Made by a program: the position numbers and the translations under genes. Shown here piece by piece: positions 15,001-31,884 of a stretch of DNA of 64,000 bases. Source of the DNA: Eledone cirrhosa. Taxonomy: Eukaryota. The notes under the pieces are model-generated. The model ran no database searches. It was not told where the DNA came from and saw nothing but the letters and a program-made list of their open reading frames with translations. Location: positions 496,001 through 560,000 of the forward strand of contig CAXHJY010000105.1 in NCBI GenBank assembly GCA_964016885.1. The letters are read 5' to 3'. Numbering within the stretch: position 1 is the stretch's first letter; every line of letters starts with the position of its first letter.

Positions 15001-18000
15001 ACACCTGACCTAAATATAAGGATACAGCACACTTGACCTAACATAAGGATACAGAACACTTGACCTAACATAAGGATACAGAACACTTGACCTGACATAA
15101 GGATACAGAACACTTGACCTGACATAAGGATACAGAACCCTTGACCTAACAAGGATACAGAACAGTTGACCTAACATAAGGATGCAGAACACTTGACCTA
15201 ACATAAGGATACAGAACACTTGACCTAACATAAGTATACAGAACCCTTGACCTAACATAAGGATACAGAACACTTGACCTAACATAAGGATACAGAACAC
15301 CTGACCTAACAAGCATACAGAACACTTGACCTAACATAAGGATACAGAACCCTTGAGCTAACATAAGGATACAGAACACTTGACCTAACATAAGGATACA
15401 GAACCCTTGACCTAACATAAGGATAGAGAACCCTTGACCTAACATAAGGATACAGAACACCTGACCTAACAAAGATATAGAACCCTTGACCTAACATAAG
15501 GATACAGAACCCTTGACCTAACATAAGGATAGAGAACCCTTGACCTAAGATAAGGATACAGAACACCTGACCTAACATAAAGATATAGAACCCTTGACCT
15601 AACATAAGGTTACAGAACCCTTGACCAAACATAAGGATACAGAACCCTTGACCTAACATAAGGATACAGAAGACTTGACCTAACATAAGGATACAGAACA
15701 CTTGACCTAATATAAGGATACAGAACACTTGACCTAACATAAGGATACAGAACACGTGACCTAACAAAGATACAGAACACTTGCCCTAACATAAGGATAC
15801 AGAACCCTTGACCTAACATAAGGATATAGAACCCTTGACCTAACATAAGCATACAGACCCCTTGACCTAACAAAGATACAGAACACTTGACCTGACATAA
15901 GGATACAGAACCCTTTACCTAACAAGGATACAGAACACTTGACCTAACATAAGGATACAGAACACTTGACCTAACATAAGGATACAGAACACTTGACCTA
16001 ACATAAGGATACAGAACACCTGACCTAACATAAGGATACAGAACCCTTGACCTAACAAAAGGATAGAGAACCCTTGACCTAACATAAGCATACAGACCCC
16101 TTGACCTATCATAAGGATAGAGAACCCTTGACCTAACATAAGCATACAGACCCCTTGACCTATCATAAGGATAGAGAACCCGTGACCTAACATAAGGATA
16201 CAGAACACCTGACCTAACAAAGATATATTACCCTTGACCAAACATAAGGATACAGAACACTTGACCTAACGTAAGGATACAGAACACCTGACCTAACATA
16301 AGGTTACAGAACCCTTGACCTAACATAAGGATACAGAACCCTTGACCTAACAAGGATAAAGAAGACTTGACCTAACATAAGGATACAGAAACCTTGACCT
16401 AACATAAGGATACAGAACCCTTGACCTAACATAAGGATACAGAACCCTTGACCTAACATAAGGATACAGAACACTTGACCTAAATATAAGGATACAGAAC
16501 ACTTGACCTGACATAAGGATACAGAACAGTTGACCTAACATAAGGATGCAGAACACTTGACATAACATAAGGATACAGAACACTTGACCTAACATAAGGA
16601 TACAGAACACTTGACCTAACATAAGGATACAGAATCCTTTACCTAACATAAGGATACAGAACCCTTGATCTAACATAAGGATACAGAAGACTTGACCTAA
16701 CATAACCATACAGAACACTTGACCTAACATAAGGATACAGAACACCTGACCTAACATAAGGATACAGATCACCGGACCTAACGAGGATACAGAACACCTG
16801 ACCTAACATAAGGATACAGAACACCTGACCTGACATAAGGATACAGAACACTTGACTTAACGTAAGGATACAGAACACTTGACCTAACGTAAGGATACAG
16901 AACACTTGACCTAACATAAGGATACAAAACCCTTGACCTAACATAAGGATACAGAAGAATTGACCTAACATAACCATACAGAACACTTGACCTAACATAA
17001 GGATAAAAACACCTGACCTAACATAAAGATACAGAACACCTGACCTGACATAAGGATACAGAACACTTGACTTAACGTAAGGATACAGAACACTTGACCT
17101 AACGTAAGGATACAGAACACTTGACCTAACATAAGGATACAGAACCCTTGACCTGACATAAGGATACAGAACACTTGACCTAACATAAGGATACAGAACA
17201 CTTGACCTAACATAAGGATACAGAACACCTGACCTCACATTAGGATACAGAACACTTGACCTAACATAAGGATACAGAACACTTGACCTAACATAAGGAT
17301 ACAGAACACTTGACCTAACATAAGGATACAGAACCCTTGACCTAACAGAGGGATACAGAACCCTTGACCTAACATAGGGATACAGAACACTTGACCTAAC
17401 ATAAGGATACAGAACCCTTGACCTAACATAAGGATACAGAACCCTTGACCTAACATAAGGATACAGAACCCTTGACCTAAAATAAGGATACAGAAACTTG
17501 ACCTAACATAAGGATACAGAACACTTGACCTAATATAAGGATACAGAACACTTAACCTAACATAAGGATACAGAACACTTGACCTAACAAAGATACAGAA
17601 CACTTGACCTGACATAAGGATACAGAACCCTTGACCTAACAAGGATACAGAACACTTGACCTAACATAAGGATACAGAACACTTGACCTAACATAAGGAT
17701 ACAGAACCCTTGACCTAACATAAGGATACAGAACACTTGACCTAACATAAGGATACAGAACACGTGACCTAACATAAGGATACAGAACACTTGACCTAAA
17801 TATAAGGATACAGAACACCTGACCTAACAAGGATACAGAACACTTGACCTAACATAAGGATACAGAACCCTTGACCTAACATAAGGATACAGAACACTTG
17901 ACCTAACATAAGGATACAGAACACGTGACCTAACATAAGGATACAGAACACTTGACCTGACATAAGGATACAGAACACTTGACCTAACATAAGGATACAG

Positions 18001-21000
18001 AACACTTGACCTAACATAAAGGATACAGAACACTTGACCTAAATATAAGGATACAGAACACTTGACCTGACATAAGGATACAGAACCCTTGACCTAACAA
18101 GAATACAGAACAGTTGACCTAACATAAGGATGAAGAACACTTGACCTAACATAAGTATACAGAACCCTTGACCTAACATAAGGATACAGAACACTTGATC
18201 TAACATAAGGATACAGAACACTTGACCTAACATAAGGATACAGAACACTTGACCTAACATAAGTATACAGAACCCTTGACCTAACATAAGGATACAGAAC
18301 ACTTGATCTAACATAAGGATACAGAACACTTGACCTAACATAAGGATACAGAACACCTGACCTAACAATGATACAGAACACTTGACCTAACATAAGGATA
18401 CAGAACCCTTGACCTAACATAAGGATACAGAACACCTGACCTCACATTAGGATACAGAACACTTGACCTGACATAAGGATACAGAACACTTGACTTAACA
18501 TAAGGATACAGAACCCTTGACCTAACATAGGGATACAGAACCCTTGACCTAACATAGGGATACAGAACCCTTCACCTAACATAAGGATACAGAACCCTTG
18601 ACCTAACATAAGGATACAGAACACTTGACCTAACATAAGGATACAGAACCCTTGACCTAACATAGGGATACAGAACCCTTGACCTAACATAGGGATACAG
18701 AACACTTCACCTAACATAAGGATACAGAACCCTTGACCTAACATAAGGATACAGAACCCTTGACCTAACATAAGGATACAGAACCCTTGACCTAACATAA
18801 GGATTCAGAAACTTGACCTAACATAAGGATACAGAACACTTGACCTAACATAAGGATACAGAACACGTGACCTAACATAAGGATACAGAACACGTGACCT
18901 AACAAAGATACAGAACCCGTGACCTAACAAAGATACAGAACACGTGACCTAACATAAGGATACAGAACACTTGACCTAAATATAAGGATACAGAACACTT
19001 GACCTAACATCAGGATACAGAACACTTCACCTAACATAAGGATACAGAAGACTTGACCTAACATAAGGATACAGAACACTTGACCTGACATAAGGATACA
19101 GAACACTTGACCTGACATAAGGATACAGAACACTTGACCTAACATAAGGATACAGAACACTTGACCTAAATATAAGGATGCAGAACACTTGACCTGACAT
19201 AAGGATACAGAACCCTTGACCTGACATAAGGATACAGAACACTTGACCTAACATAAGGATACAGAACACTTGACCTAAATATAAGGATACAGAACACTTG
19301 ACCTGACATGAGGATACAGAACACTTGACCTAACATAAGGATACAGAACACTTGACCTAAATATAAGGATACAGAACACTTGACCTGACATAAGGATACA
19401 GAACACTTGATCTAACATAAGGATACAGAACACCTGACCTAAATATAAGGATACAGAACACTTGACCTAACATAAGGATGCAGAACACTTGACCTAACAT
19501 AAGGATACAGAACACTTGACCTGACATAAGGATACAGAACACTTGACCTGACATAAGGATACAGAACCCTTGACCTAACAAGGATACAGAACAGTTGACC
19601 TAACATAAGGATGCAGAACACTTGACCTAACATAAGTATACAGAACCCTTGACCTAACATAAGGATACAGAACACTTGACCTAACATAAGGATACAGAAC
19701 ACCTGACCTAACAAGGATACAGAACACTTGACCTAACATAAGGATACAGAACCCTTGAGCTAACATAAGGATACAGAACACTTGACCTAACATAAGGATA
19801 CAGAACCCTTGACCTAACATAAGGATAGAGAACCCTTGACCTAACATAAGGATACAGAACACCTGACCTAACAAAGATATAGAACCCTTGACCTAACATA
19901 AGGATACAGAACCCTTGACCTAACATAAGGATAGAGAACCCTTGACCTAACATAAGGATACAGAACACCTGACCTAACATAAAGATATAGAACCCTTGAC
20001 CTAACATAAGGTTACAGAACCCTTGACCAAACATAAGGATACAGAACCCTTGACCTAACATAAGGATACAGAAGACTTGACCTAACATAAGGATACAGAA
20101 CACTTGACCTAATATAAGGATACAGAACACTTGACCTAACATAAGGATACAGAACACGTGACCTAACAAAGATACAGAACACTTGCCCTAACATAAGGAT
20201 ACAGAACCCTTGACCTAACATAAGGATAGAGAACCCTTGACCTAACATAAGCATACAGACCCCTTGACCTAACAAAGATACAGAACACTTGACCTGACAT
20301 AAGGATACAGAACCCTTTACCTAACAAGGATACAGAACACTTGACCTAACATAAGGATACAGAACACTTGACCTAACATAAGGATACAGAACACTTGACC
20401 TAACATAAGGATACAGAACACCTGACCTAACATAAGGATACAGAACCCTTGACCTAACATAAGGATAGAGAACCCTTGACCTAACATAAGCATACAGACC
20501 CCTTGACCTATCATAAGGATAGAGAACCCTTGACCTAACATAAGCATACAGACCCCTTGACCTATCATAAGGATAGAGAACCCTTGACCTAACATAAGGA
20601 TACAGAACACCTGACCTAACATAAAGATATAGTACCCTTGACCTAACATAAGGATACAGAACACTTGACCTAACGTAAGGATACAGAACACCTGACCTAA
20701 TATAAGGTTACAGAACCCTTGACCTAACATAAGGATACAGAACCCTTGACCTAACAAGGATAAAGAAGACTTGACCTAACATAAGGATACAGAAACCTTG
20801 ACCTAACATAAGGATACAGAACCCTTGACCTAACATAAGGATACAGAACCCTTGACCTAACATAAGGATACAGAACACTTGACCTAAATATAAGGATACA
20901 GAACACTTGACCTGACATAAGGATACAGAACAGTTGACCTAACATAAGGATGCAGAACACTTGACATAACATAAGGATACAGAACACTTGACCTAACATA

Positions 21001-24000
21001 AGGATACAGAACACTTGACCTAACATAAGGATACAGAATCCTTTACCTAACATAAGGATACAGAACCCTTGATCTAACATAAGGATACAGAAGACTTGAC
21101 CTAACATAACCATACAGAACACTTGACCTAACATAAGGATACAGAACACCTGACCTAACATAAGGATACAGATCACCGGACCTAACGAGGATACAAAACA
21201 CCTGACCTAACATAAGGATACAGAACACCTGACCTGACATAAGGATACAGAACACTTGACTTAACGTAAGGATACAGAACACTTGACCTAACGTAAGGAT
21301 ACAGAACACTTGACCTAACATAAGGATACAAAACCCTTGACCTAACATAAGGATACAGAACACGTGACCTAACATAAGGATACAGAACACTTGACCTAAA
21401 TATAAGGATACAGAACACCTGACCTAACAAGGATACAGAACACTTGACCTAACATAAGGATACAGAACCCTTGACCTAACATAAGGATACAGAACACTTG
21501 ACCTAACATAAGGATACAGAACACGTGACCTAACATAAGGATACAGAACACTTGACCTGACATAAGGATACAGAACACTTGACCTAACATAAGGATACAG
21601 AACACTTGACCTAACATAAAGGATACAGAACACTTGACCTAAATATAAGGATACAGAACACTTGACCTGACATAAGGATACAGAACCCTTGACCTAACAA
21701 GAATACAGAACAGTTGACCTAACATAAGGATGAAGAACACTTGACCTAACATAAGGATACAGAACACTTGACCTAACATAAGTATACAGAACCCTTGACC
21801 TAACATAAGGATACAGAACACTTGATCTAACATAAGGATACAGAACACTTGACCTAACATAAGGATACAGAACACCTGACCTAACAATGATACAGAACAC
21901 TTGACCTAACATAAGGATACAGAACCCTTGACCTAACATAAGGATACAGAACACCTGACCTCACATTAGGATACAGAACACTTGACCTGACATAAGGATA
22001 CAGAACACTTGACTTAACATAAGGATACAGAACCCTTGACCTAACATAGGGATACAGAACCCTTGACCTAACATAGGGATACAGAACCCTTCACCTAACA
22101 AGGATACAGAACCCTTGACCTAACATAAGGATACAGAACACTTGACCTAACATAAGGATACAGAACCCTTGACCTAACGTAGGGATACAGAACCCTTGAC
22201 CTAACATAGGGATACAGAACACTTCACCTAACATAAGGATACAGAACCCTTGACCTAACATAAGGATACAGAACCCTTGACCTAACATAAGGATACAGAA
22301 CCCTTGACCTAACATAAGGATACAGAAACTTGACCTAACATAAGGATACAGAACACTTGACCTAACATAAGGATACAGAACACGTGACCTAACAAAGATA
22401 CAGAACACGTGACCTAACAAAGATACAGAACACGTGACCTAACATAAGGATACAGAACACTTGACCTAAATATAAGGATACAGAACACTTGACCTAACAT
22501 CAGGATACAGAACACTTCACCTAACATAAGGATACAGAAGACTTGACCTAACATAAGGATACAGAACACTTGACCTGACATAAGGATACAGAACACTTGA
22601 CCTGACATAAGGATACAGAACACTTGACCTAACATAAGGATACAGAACACTTGACCTAAATATAAGGATGCAGAACACTTGACCTGACATAAGGATACAG
22701 AACCCTTGACCTGACATAAGGATACAGAACACTTGACCTAACATAAGGATACAGAACACTTGACCTAAATATAAGGATACAGAACACTTGACCTGACATA
22801 AGGATACAGAACACTTGACCTAACATAAGGATACAGAACACTTGACCTAAATATAAGGATACAGAACACTTGACCTGACATAAGGATACAGAACACTTGA
22901 TCTAACATAAGGATACAGAACACCTGACCTAAATATAAGGATACAGAACACTTGACCTAACATAAGGATACAGAACACTTGACCTAACATAAGGATACAG
23001 AACACTTGACCTGACATAAGGATACAGAACACTTGACCTGACATAAGGATACAGAACCCTTGACCTAACAAGGATACAGAACAGTTGACCTAACATAAGG
23101 ATGCAGAACACTTGACCTAACATAAGGATACAGAACACTTGACCTAACATAAGTATACAGAACCCTTGACCTAACATAAGGATACAGAACACTTGACCTA
23201 ACATAAGGATACAGAACACCTGACCTAACAAGGATACAGAACACTTGACCTAACATAAGGATACAGAACCCTTGAGCTAACATAAGGATACAGAACACTT
23301 GACCTAACATAAGGATACAGAACCCTTGACCTAACATAAGGATAGAGAACCCTTGACCTAACATAAGGATACAGAACACCTGACCTAACAAAGATATAGA
23401 ACCCTTGACCTAACATAAGGATACAGAACCCTTGACCTAACATAAGGATAGAGAACCCTTGACCTAACATAAGGATACAGAACACCTGACCTAACATAAA
23501 GATATAGAACCCTTGACCTAACATAAGGTTACAGAACCCTTGACCAAACATAAGGATACAGAACCCTTGACCTAACATAAGGATACAGAAGACTTGACCT
23601 AACATAAGGATACAGAACACTTGACCTAATATAAGGATACAGAACACTTGACCTAACATAAGGATACAGAACACGTGACCTAACAAAGATACAGAACACT
23701 TGCCCTAACATAAGGATACAGAACCCTTGACCTAACATAAGGATAGAGAACCCTTGACCTAACATAAGCATACAGACCCCTTGACCTAACAAAGATACAG
23801 AACACTTGACCTGACATAAGGATACAGAACCCTTTACCTAACAAGGATACAGAACACTTGACCTAACATAAGGATACAGAACACTTGACCTAACATAAGG
23901 ATACAGAACACTTGACCTAACATAAGGATACAGAACACCTGACCTAACATAAGGATACAGAACCCTTGACCTAACATAAGGATAGAGAACCCTTGACCTA

Positions 24001-27000
24001 ACATAAGCATACAGACCCCTTGACCTATCATAAGGATAGAGAACCCTTGACCTAACATAAGGATACAGAACACCTGACCTAACATAAGGATACAGAACAC
24101 CTGACCTAACATAAAGATATAGTACCCTTGACCTAACATAAGGATACAGAACACTTGACCTAACGTAAGGATACAGAACACCTGACCTAATATAAGGTTA
24201 CAGAACCCTTGACCTAACATAAGGATACAGAACCCTTGACCTAACAAGGATAAAGAAGACTTGACCTAACATAAGGATACAGAAACCTTGACCTAACATA
24301 AGGATACAGAACCCTTGACCTAACATAAGGATACAGAACCCTTGACCTAACATAAGGATACAGAACACTTGACCTAAATATAAGGATACAGAACACTTGA
24401 CCTGACATAAGGATACAGAACAGTTGACCTAACATAAGGATGCAGAACACTTGACATAACATAAGGATACAGAACACTTGACCTAACATAAGGATACAGA
24501 ACACTTGACCTAACATAAGGATACAGAATCCTTTACCTAACATAAGGATACAGAACCCTTGATCTAACATAAGGATACAGAAGACTTGACCTAACATAAC
24601 CATACAGAACACTTGACCTAACATAAGGATACAGAACACCTGACCTAACATAAGGATACAGATCACCGGACCTAACGAGGATACAGAACACCTGACCTAA
24701 CATAAGGATACAGAACACCTGACCTGACATAAGGATACAGAACACTTGACTTAACGTAAGGATACAGAACACTTGACCTAACGTAAGGATACAGAACACT
24801 TGACCTAACATAAGGATACAAAACCCTTGACCTAACATAAGGATACAGAAGAATTGACCTAACATAACCATACAGAACACTTGACCTAACATAAGGATAA
24901 AAACACCTGACCTAACATAAGGATACAGAACACCTGACCTGACATAAGGATACAGAACACTTGACTTAACGTAAGGATACAGAACACTTGACCTAACGTA
25001 AGGATACAGAACACTTGACCTAACATAAGGATACAGAACCCTTGACCTGACATAAGGATACAGAACACTTGACCTAACATAAGGATACAGAACACTTGAC
25101 CTAACATAAGGATACAGAACACCTGACCCCACATTAGGATACAGAACACTTGACCTAACATAAGGATACAGAACACTTGACCTAACATAAGGATACAGAA
25201 CACTTGACCTAACATAAGGATACAGAACCCTTGACCTAACAGAGGGATACAGAACCCTTGACCTAACATAGGGATACAGAACACTTGACCTAACATAAGG
25301 ATACAGAACCCTTGACCTAACATAAGGATACAGAACCCTTGACCTAACATAAGGATACAGAACCCTTGACCTAACATAAGGATACAGAAACTTGACCTAA
25401 CATAAGGATACAGAACACTTGACCTAATATAAGGATACAGAACACTTAACCTAACATAAGGATACAGAACACTTGACCTAACAAAGATACAGAACACTTG
25501 ACCTGACATAAGGATACAGAACCCTTGACCTAACAAGGATACAGAACACTTGACCTAACATAAGGATACAGAACACTTGACCTAACATAAGGATACAGAA
25601 CCCTTGACCTAACATAAGGATACAGAACACTTGACCTAACATAAGGATACAGAAGACATGACCTAACATAAGGATACAGAACACTTGACCTAAATATAAG
25701 GATACAGAACACTTGACCTAACATAAGGATACAGAACCCTTGACCTAACATAAGGATACAGAACACTTGACCTAACATAAGGATACAGAACACCTGACCT
25801 AACAAGGATACAGAACACTTGACCTAACATAAGGATACAGAACCCTTGACCTAACATAAGGATACAGAACACTTGACCTAACATAAGGATACAGAACACC
25901 TGACCTAACAAGGATACAGAACACTTGACCTAACATAAGGATACAGAACCCTTGACCTAACATAAGGATAGAGAACCCTTGACCTAACATAAGCATACAG
26001 ACCCCTTGACCTATCATAAGGATATAGAACCCTTGACCTAACATAAGGATACAGAACACTTGACCTAACATAAGAATAGAGAACCCTTGACCTAACATAA
26101 GGATACAGAACACCTGACCTAACATAAAGATATAGAACCCTTGACCTAACATAAGGATACAGAACACTTGACCTAACGTAAGGATACAGAACACCTGACC
26201 TAATATAAGGTTACAGAACCCTTGACCTAACATAAGGATACAGAACCCTTGACCTAACAAGGATAAAGAAGACTTGACCTAACATAAGGATACAGAAACC
26301 TTGACCTAACATAAGGATACAGAACCCTTGACCTAACATAAGGATACAGAACCCTTGACCTAACATAAGGATACAGAACACTTGACCTAAATATAAGGAT
26401 ACAGAACACTTGACCTGACATAAGGATACAGAACAGTTGACCTAACATAAGGATGCAGAACACTTGACATAACATAAGGATACAGAACACTTGACCTAAC
26501 ATAAGGATACAGAACACTTGACCTAACATAAGGATACAGAATCCTTTACCTAACATAAGGATACAGAACCCTTGATCTAACATAAGGATACAGAAGACTT
26601 GACCTAACATAACCATACAGAACACTTGACCTAACATAAGGATACAGAACACCTGACCTAACATAAGGATACAGATCACCGGACCTAACGAGGATACAGA
26701 ACACCTGACCTAACATAAGGATACAGAACACCTGACCTGACATAAGGATACAGAACACTTGACTTAACGTAAGGATACAGAACACTTGACCTAACGTAAG
26801 GATACAGAACACTTGACCTAACATAAGGATACAAAACCCTTGACCTAACATAAGGATACAGAAGAATTGACCTAACATAACCATACAGAACACTTGACCT
26901 AACATAAGGATAAAAACACCTGACCTAAGATAAGGATACAGAACACCTGACCTGACATAAGGATACAGAACACTTGACTTAACGTAAGGATACAGAACAC

Positions 27001-30000
27001 TTGACCTAACGTAAGGATACAGAACACTTGACCTAACATAAGGATACAGAACCCTTGACCTGACAGAAGGATACAGAACACTTGACCTAACATAAGGATA
27101 CAGAACACTTGACCTAACATAAGGATACAGAACACCTGACCCCACATTAGGATACAGAACACTTGACCTAACATAAGGATACAGAACACTTGACCTAACA
27201 TAAGGATACAGAACACTTGACCTAACATAAGGATACAGAACCCTTGACCTAACAGAGGGATACAGAACCCTTGACCTAACATAGGGATACAGAACACTTG
27301 ACCTAACATAAGGATACAGAACCCTTGACCTAACATAAGGATACAGAACCCTTGACCTAACATAAGGATACAGAACCCTTGACCTAACATAAGGATACAG
27401 AAACTTGACCTAACATAAGGATACAGAACACTTGACCTAATATAAGGATACAGAACACTTAACCTAACATAAGGATACAGAACACTTGACCTAACAAAGA
27501 TACAGAACACTTGACCTGACATAAGGATACAGAACCCTTGACCTAACAAGGATACAGAACACTTGACCTAACATAAGGATACAGAACACTTGACCTAACA
27601 TAAGGATACAGAACCCTTGACCTAACATAAGGATACAGAACACTTGACCTAACATAAGGATACAGAAGACATGACCTAACATAAGGATACAGAACACTTG
27701 ACCTAAATATAAGGATACAGAACACCTGACCTAACAAGGATACAGAACACTTGACCTAACATAAGGATACAGAACCCTTGACCTAACATAAGGATACAGA
27801 ACACTTGACCTAACATAAGGATACAGAACACCTCACCTAACAAGGATACAGAACACTTGACCTAACATAAGGATACAGAACCCTTGACCTAACATAAGGA
27901 TAGAGAACCCTTGACCTAACATAAGCATACAGACCCCTTGACCTATCATAAGGATATAGAACCCTTGACCTAACATAAGGATACAGAACACTTGACCTAA
28001 CATAAGAATAGAGAACCCTTGACCTAACATAAGGATACAGAACACCTGACCTAACATAAAGATATAGAACCCTTGACCTAACATAAGGATACAGAACACT
28101 TGACCTAACGTAAGGATACAGAACACCTGACCTAATATAAGGTTACAGAACCCTTGACCTAACATAAGGATACAGAACCCTTGACCTAACAAGGATAAAG
28201 AAGACTTGACCTAACATAAGGATACAGAAACCTTGACCTAACATAAGGATACAGAACCCTTGACCTAACATAAGGATACAGAACCCTTGACCTAACATAA
28301 GGATACAGAACACTTGACCTAAATATAAGGATACAGAACACTTGACCTGACATAAGGATACAGAACAGTTGACCTAACATAAGGATGCAGAACACTTGAC
28401 ATAACATAAGGATACAGAACACTTGACCTAACATAAGGATACAGAACACTTGACCTAACATAAGGATACAGAATCCTTTACCTAACATAAGGATACAGAA
28501 CCCTTGATCTAACATAAGGATACAGAAGACTTGACCTAACATAACCATACAGAACACTTGACCTAACATAAGGATACAGAACACCTGACCTAACATAAGG
28601 ATACAGATCACCGGACCTAACGAGGATACAGAACACCTGACCTAACATAAGGATACAGAACACCTGACCTGACATAAGGATACAGAACACTTGACTTAAC
28701 GTAAGGATACAGAACACTTGACCTAACGTAAGGATACAGAACAATTGACCTAACATAAGGATACAAAACCCTTGACCTAACATAAGGATACAGAAGAATT
28801 GACCTAACATAAGGATAAAAACACCTGACCTAACATAAGGATACAGAACACCTGACCTGACATAAGGATACAGAACACTTGACTTAACGTAAGGATACAG
28901 AACACTTGACCTAACGTAAGGATACAGAACACTTGACCTAACATAAGGATACAGAACCCTTGACTTGACATAAGGATACAGAACACTTGACCTAACATAA
29001 GGATACAGAACACTTGACCTAACATAAGGATACAGAACACCTGACCTCACATTAGGATACAGAACACTTGACCTAACATAAGGATACAGAACACTTGACC
29101 TAACATAAGGATACAGAACACTTGACCTAACATAAGGATACAGAACCCTTGACCTAACAGAGGGATACAGAACCCTTGACCTAACATAGGGATACAGAAC
29201 ACTTGACCTAACATAAGGATACAGAACCCTTGACCTAACATAAGGATACAGAACCCTTGACCTAACATAAGGATACAGAACCCTTGACCTAACATAAGGA
29301 TACAGAAACTTGACCTAACATAAGGATACAGAACACTTGACCTAATATAAGGATACAGAACACTTAACCTAACAAAAGGATACAGAACACTTGACCTAAC
29401 AAAGATACAGAACACTTGACCTGACATAAGGATACAGAACCCTTGACCTAACAAGGATACAGAACACTTGACCTAACATAAGGATACAGAACACTTGACC
29501 TAACATAAGGATACAGAACCCTTGACCTAACATAAGGATACAGAACACTTGACCTAACATAAGGATACAGAACACTTGACCTAACATAAGGATACAGAAC
29601 ACTTGACCTAACATAAGGATACAGAACACTTGACCTAACATAAGGATACAGAACACTTGACCTAACATAAGGATACAGAACCCTTGACCTAACATAAGGA
29701 TACAGAACACTTGACCTAACATAAGGATACAGAACCCTTGACCTAACAAGGATACAGAACACTTGACCTGACATAAGGATACAGAACCCTTGACCTAACA
29801 AGGATACAGAACACTTGACCTAACATAAGGATACAGAACACTTGACCTAACATAAGGATACAGAACCCTTGACCTAACATAAGGATACAGAACACGTGAC
29901 CTAACATAAGGATACAGAACACTTGACCTAAATATAAGGATACAGAACACCTGACCTAACAAGGATACAGAACACTTGACCTAACATAAGGATACAGAAC

Positions 30001-31740
30001 CCTTGACCTAACATAAGGATACAGAACACTTGACCTAACATAAGGATACAGAACACCTGACCTAACAAGGATACAGAACACTTGACCTAACATAAGGATA
30101 CAGAACCCTTGACCTAACATAAGGATAGAGAACCCTTGACCTAACATAAGCATACAGACCCCTTGACCTATCATAAGGATATAGAACCCTTGACCTAACA
30201 TAAGGATACAGAACCCTTGACCTAACATAAGAATAGAGAACCCTTGACCTAACATAAGGATACAGAACACCTGACCTAACATAAAGATATAGAACCCTTG
30301 ACCTAACATAAGGATACAGAACCCTTAACCTAACATAAGGATACAGAACCCTTGACCTAACATAAGGATAGAGAACCCTTGACCTAACATAAGGATACAG
30401 AACCCTTGACCTAACATAAGGATAGAGAACCCTTGACCTAACATAAGGATACAGAACCCTTGACCTAACATAAAGATATAGTACCCTTGACCTAACATAA
30501 GGATACAGAACACTTGACCTAACGTAAGGATACAGAACACCTGACCTAACATAAGGTTACAGAACCCTTGACCTAACATAAGGATACAGAACCCTTGACC
30601 TAACAAGGATAAAGAAGACTTGACCTAACATAAGGATACAGAAACCTTGACCTAACATAAGGATACAGAACCCTTGACCTAACATAAGGATACAGAACCC
30701 TTGACCTAACATAAGGATACAGAACACTTGACCTAAATATAAGGATACAGAACACTTGACCTGACATAAGGATACAGAACAGTTGACCTAACATAAGGAT
30801 GCAGAACACTTGACATAACATAAGGATACAGAACACTTGACCTAACATAAGGATACAGAACACTTGACCTAACATAAGGATACAGAATCCTTGACCTAAC
30901 ATAAGGATACAGAACCCTTGATCTAACATAAGGATACAGAAGACTTGACCTAACATAACCATACAGAACACTTGACCTAACATAAGGATACAGAACACCT
31001 GACCTAACATAAGGATACAGATCACCGGACCTAACGAGGATACAGAACACCTGATCTAACATAAGGATACAGAACACCTGACCTGACATAAGGACACAGA
31101 ACACTTGACTTAACGTAAGGATACAGAACACTTGACCTAACGTAAGGATACAGAATACTTGACCTAACATAAGGATACAAAACCCTTGACCTAACATAAG
31201 GATACAGAAGAATTGACCTACCATATGGATACAGAACCCTTGACCTGACATAAGGATACAGAACACTTGACCTAACATAAGGATACAGAACACTTGACCT
31301 AACATAAGGATACAGAACACCTGACCTAACAATGATACAGAACACTTGACCTAACATAAGGATACAGAACACTTGACCTAACATAAGGATACAGAACACT
31401 TGACCTAACATAATGATACAGAACACTTGACCTAACATAAGGATACAGAACCCTTGACCTAACAGAGGGATACAGAACCCTTGACCTAACATAGGGATAC
31501 AGAACACTTGACCTAACATAAGGATACAGAACCCTTGACCTAACATAAGGATACAGAACCCTTGACCTAACATAAGGATACAGAACCCTTGACCTAACAT
31601 AAGGATACAGAAACTTGACCTAACATAAGGATACAGAACACTTGACCTAATATAAGGATACAGAACACTTAACCTAACATAAGGATACAGAACACTTGAC
31701 CTAACAAAGATACAGAACACTTGACCTGACATAAGGATAC
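1..31740. repeat. Domain I: higher-order repeat, ~11 copies of variable length (1.9-4.9 kb)
   Basis: The diagnostic variant GATCACCGGACCTAACGAGG starts at 821, 3339, 5907, 8854, 11855, 16767, 21171, 24661, 26674, 28606 and 31020 (spacings 2518, 2568, 2947, 3001, 4912, 4404, 3490, 2013, 1932, 2414). Flanking variants (GGATAAAGAAGAC, GAATCCTTTACC, TAACCATAC, GAAGAATTG, CTCACATTAGG, AACAGAGGG) recur in the same order in most copies. The 'MICILM...' ORFs end at matching offsets. Confidence 0.93.
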
Positions 31741-31884
31741 AGCAACTTGACCTAACATAAGGATACAGAACCCTTGACCTAACATAAGGATACAGAAACT
31801 TGACCTAACATAAGGATACAGAACCCTTGACCTAACATAAGGATACAGAAACTTGACCTAACATAAGGATACAGAACCCTTGAC

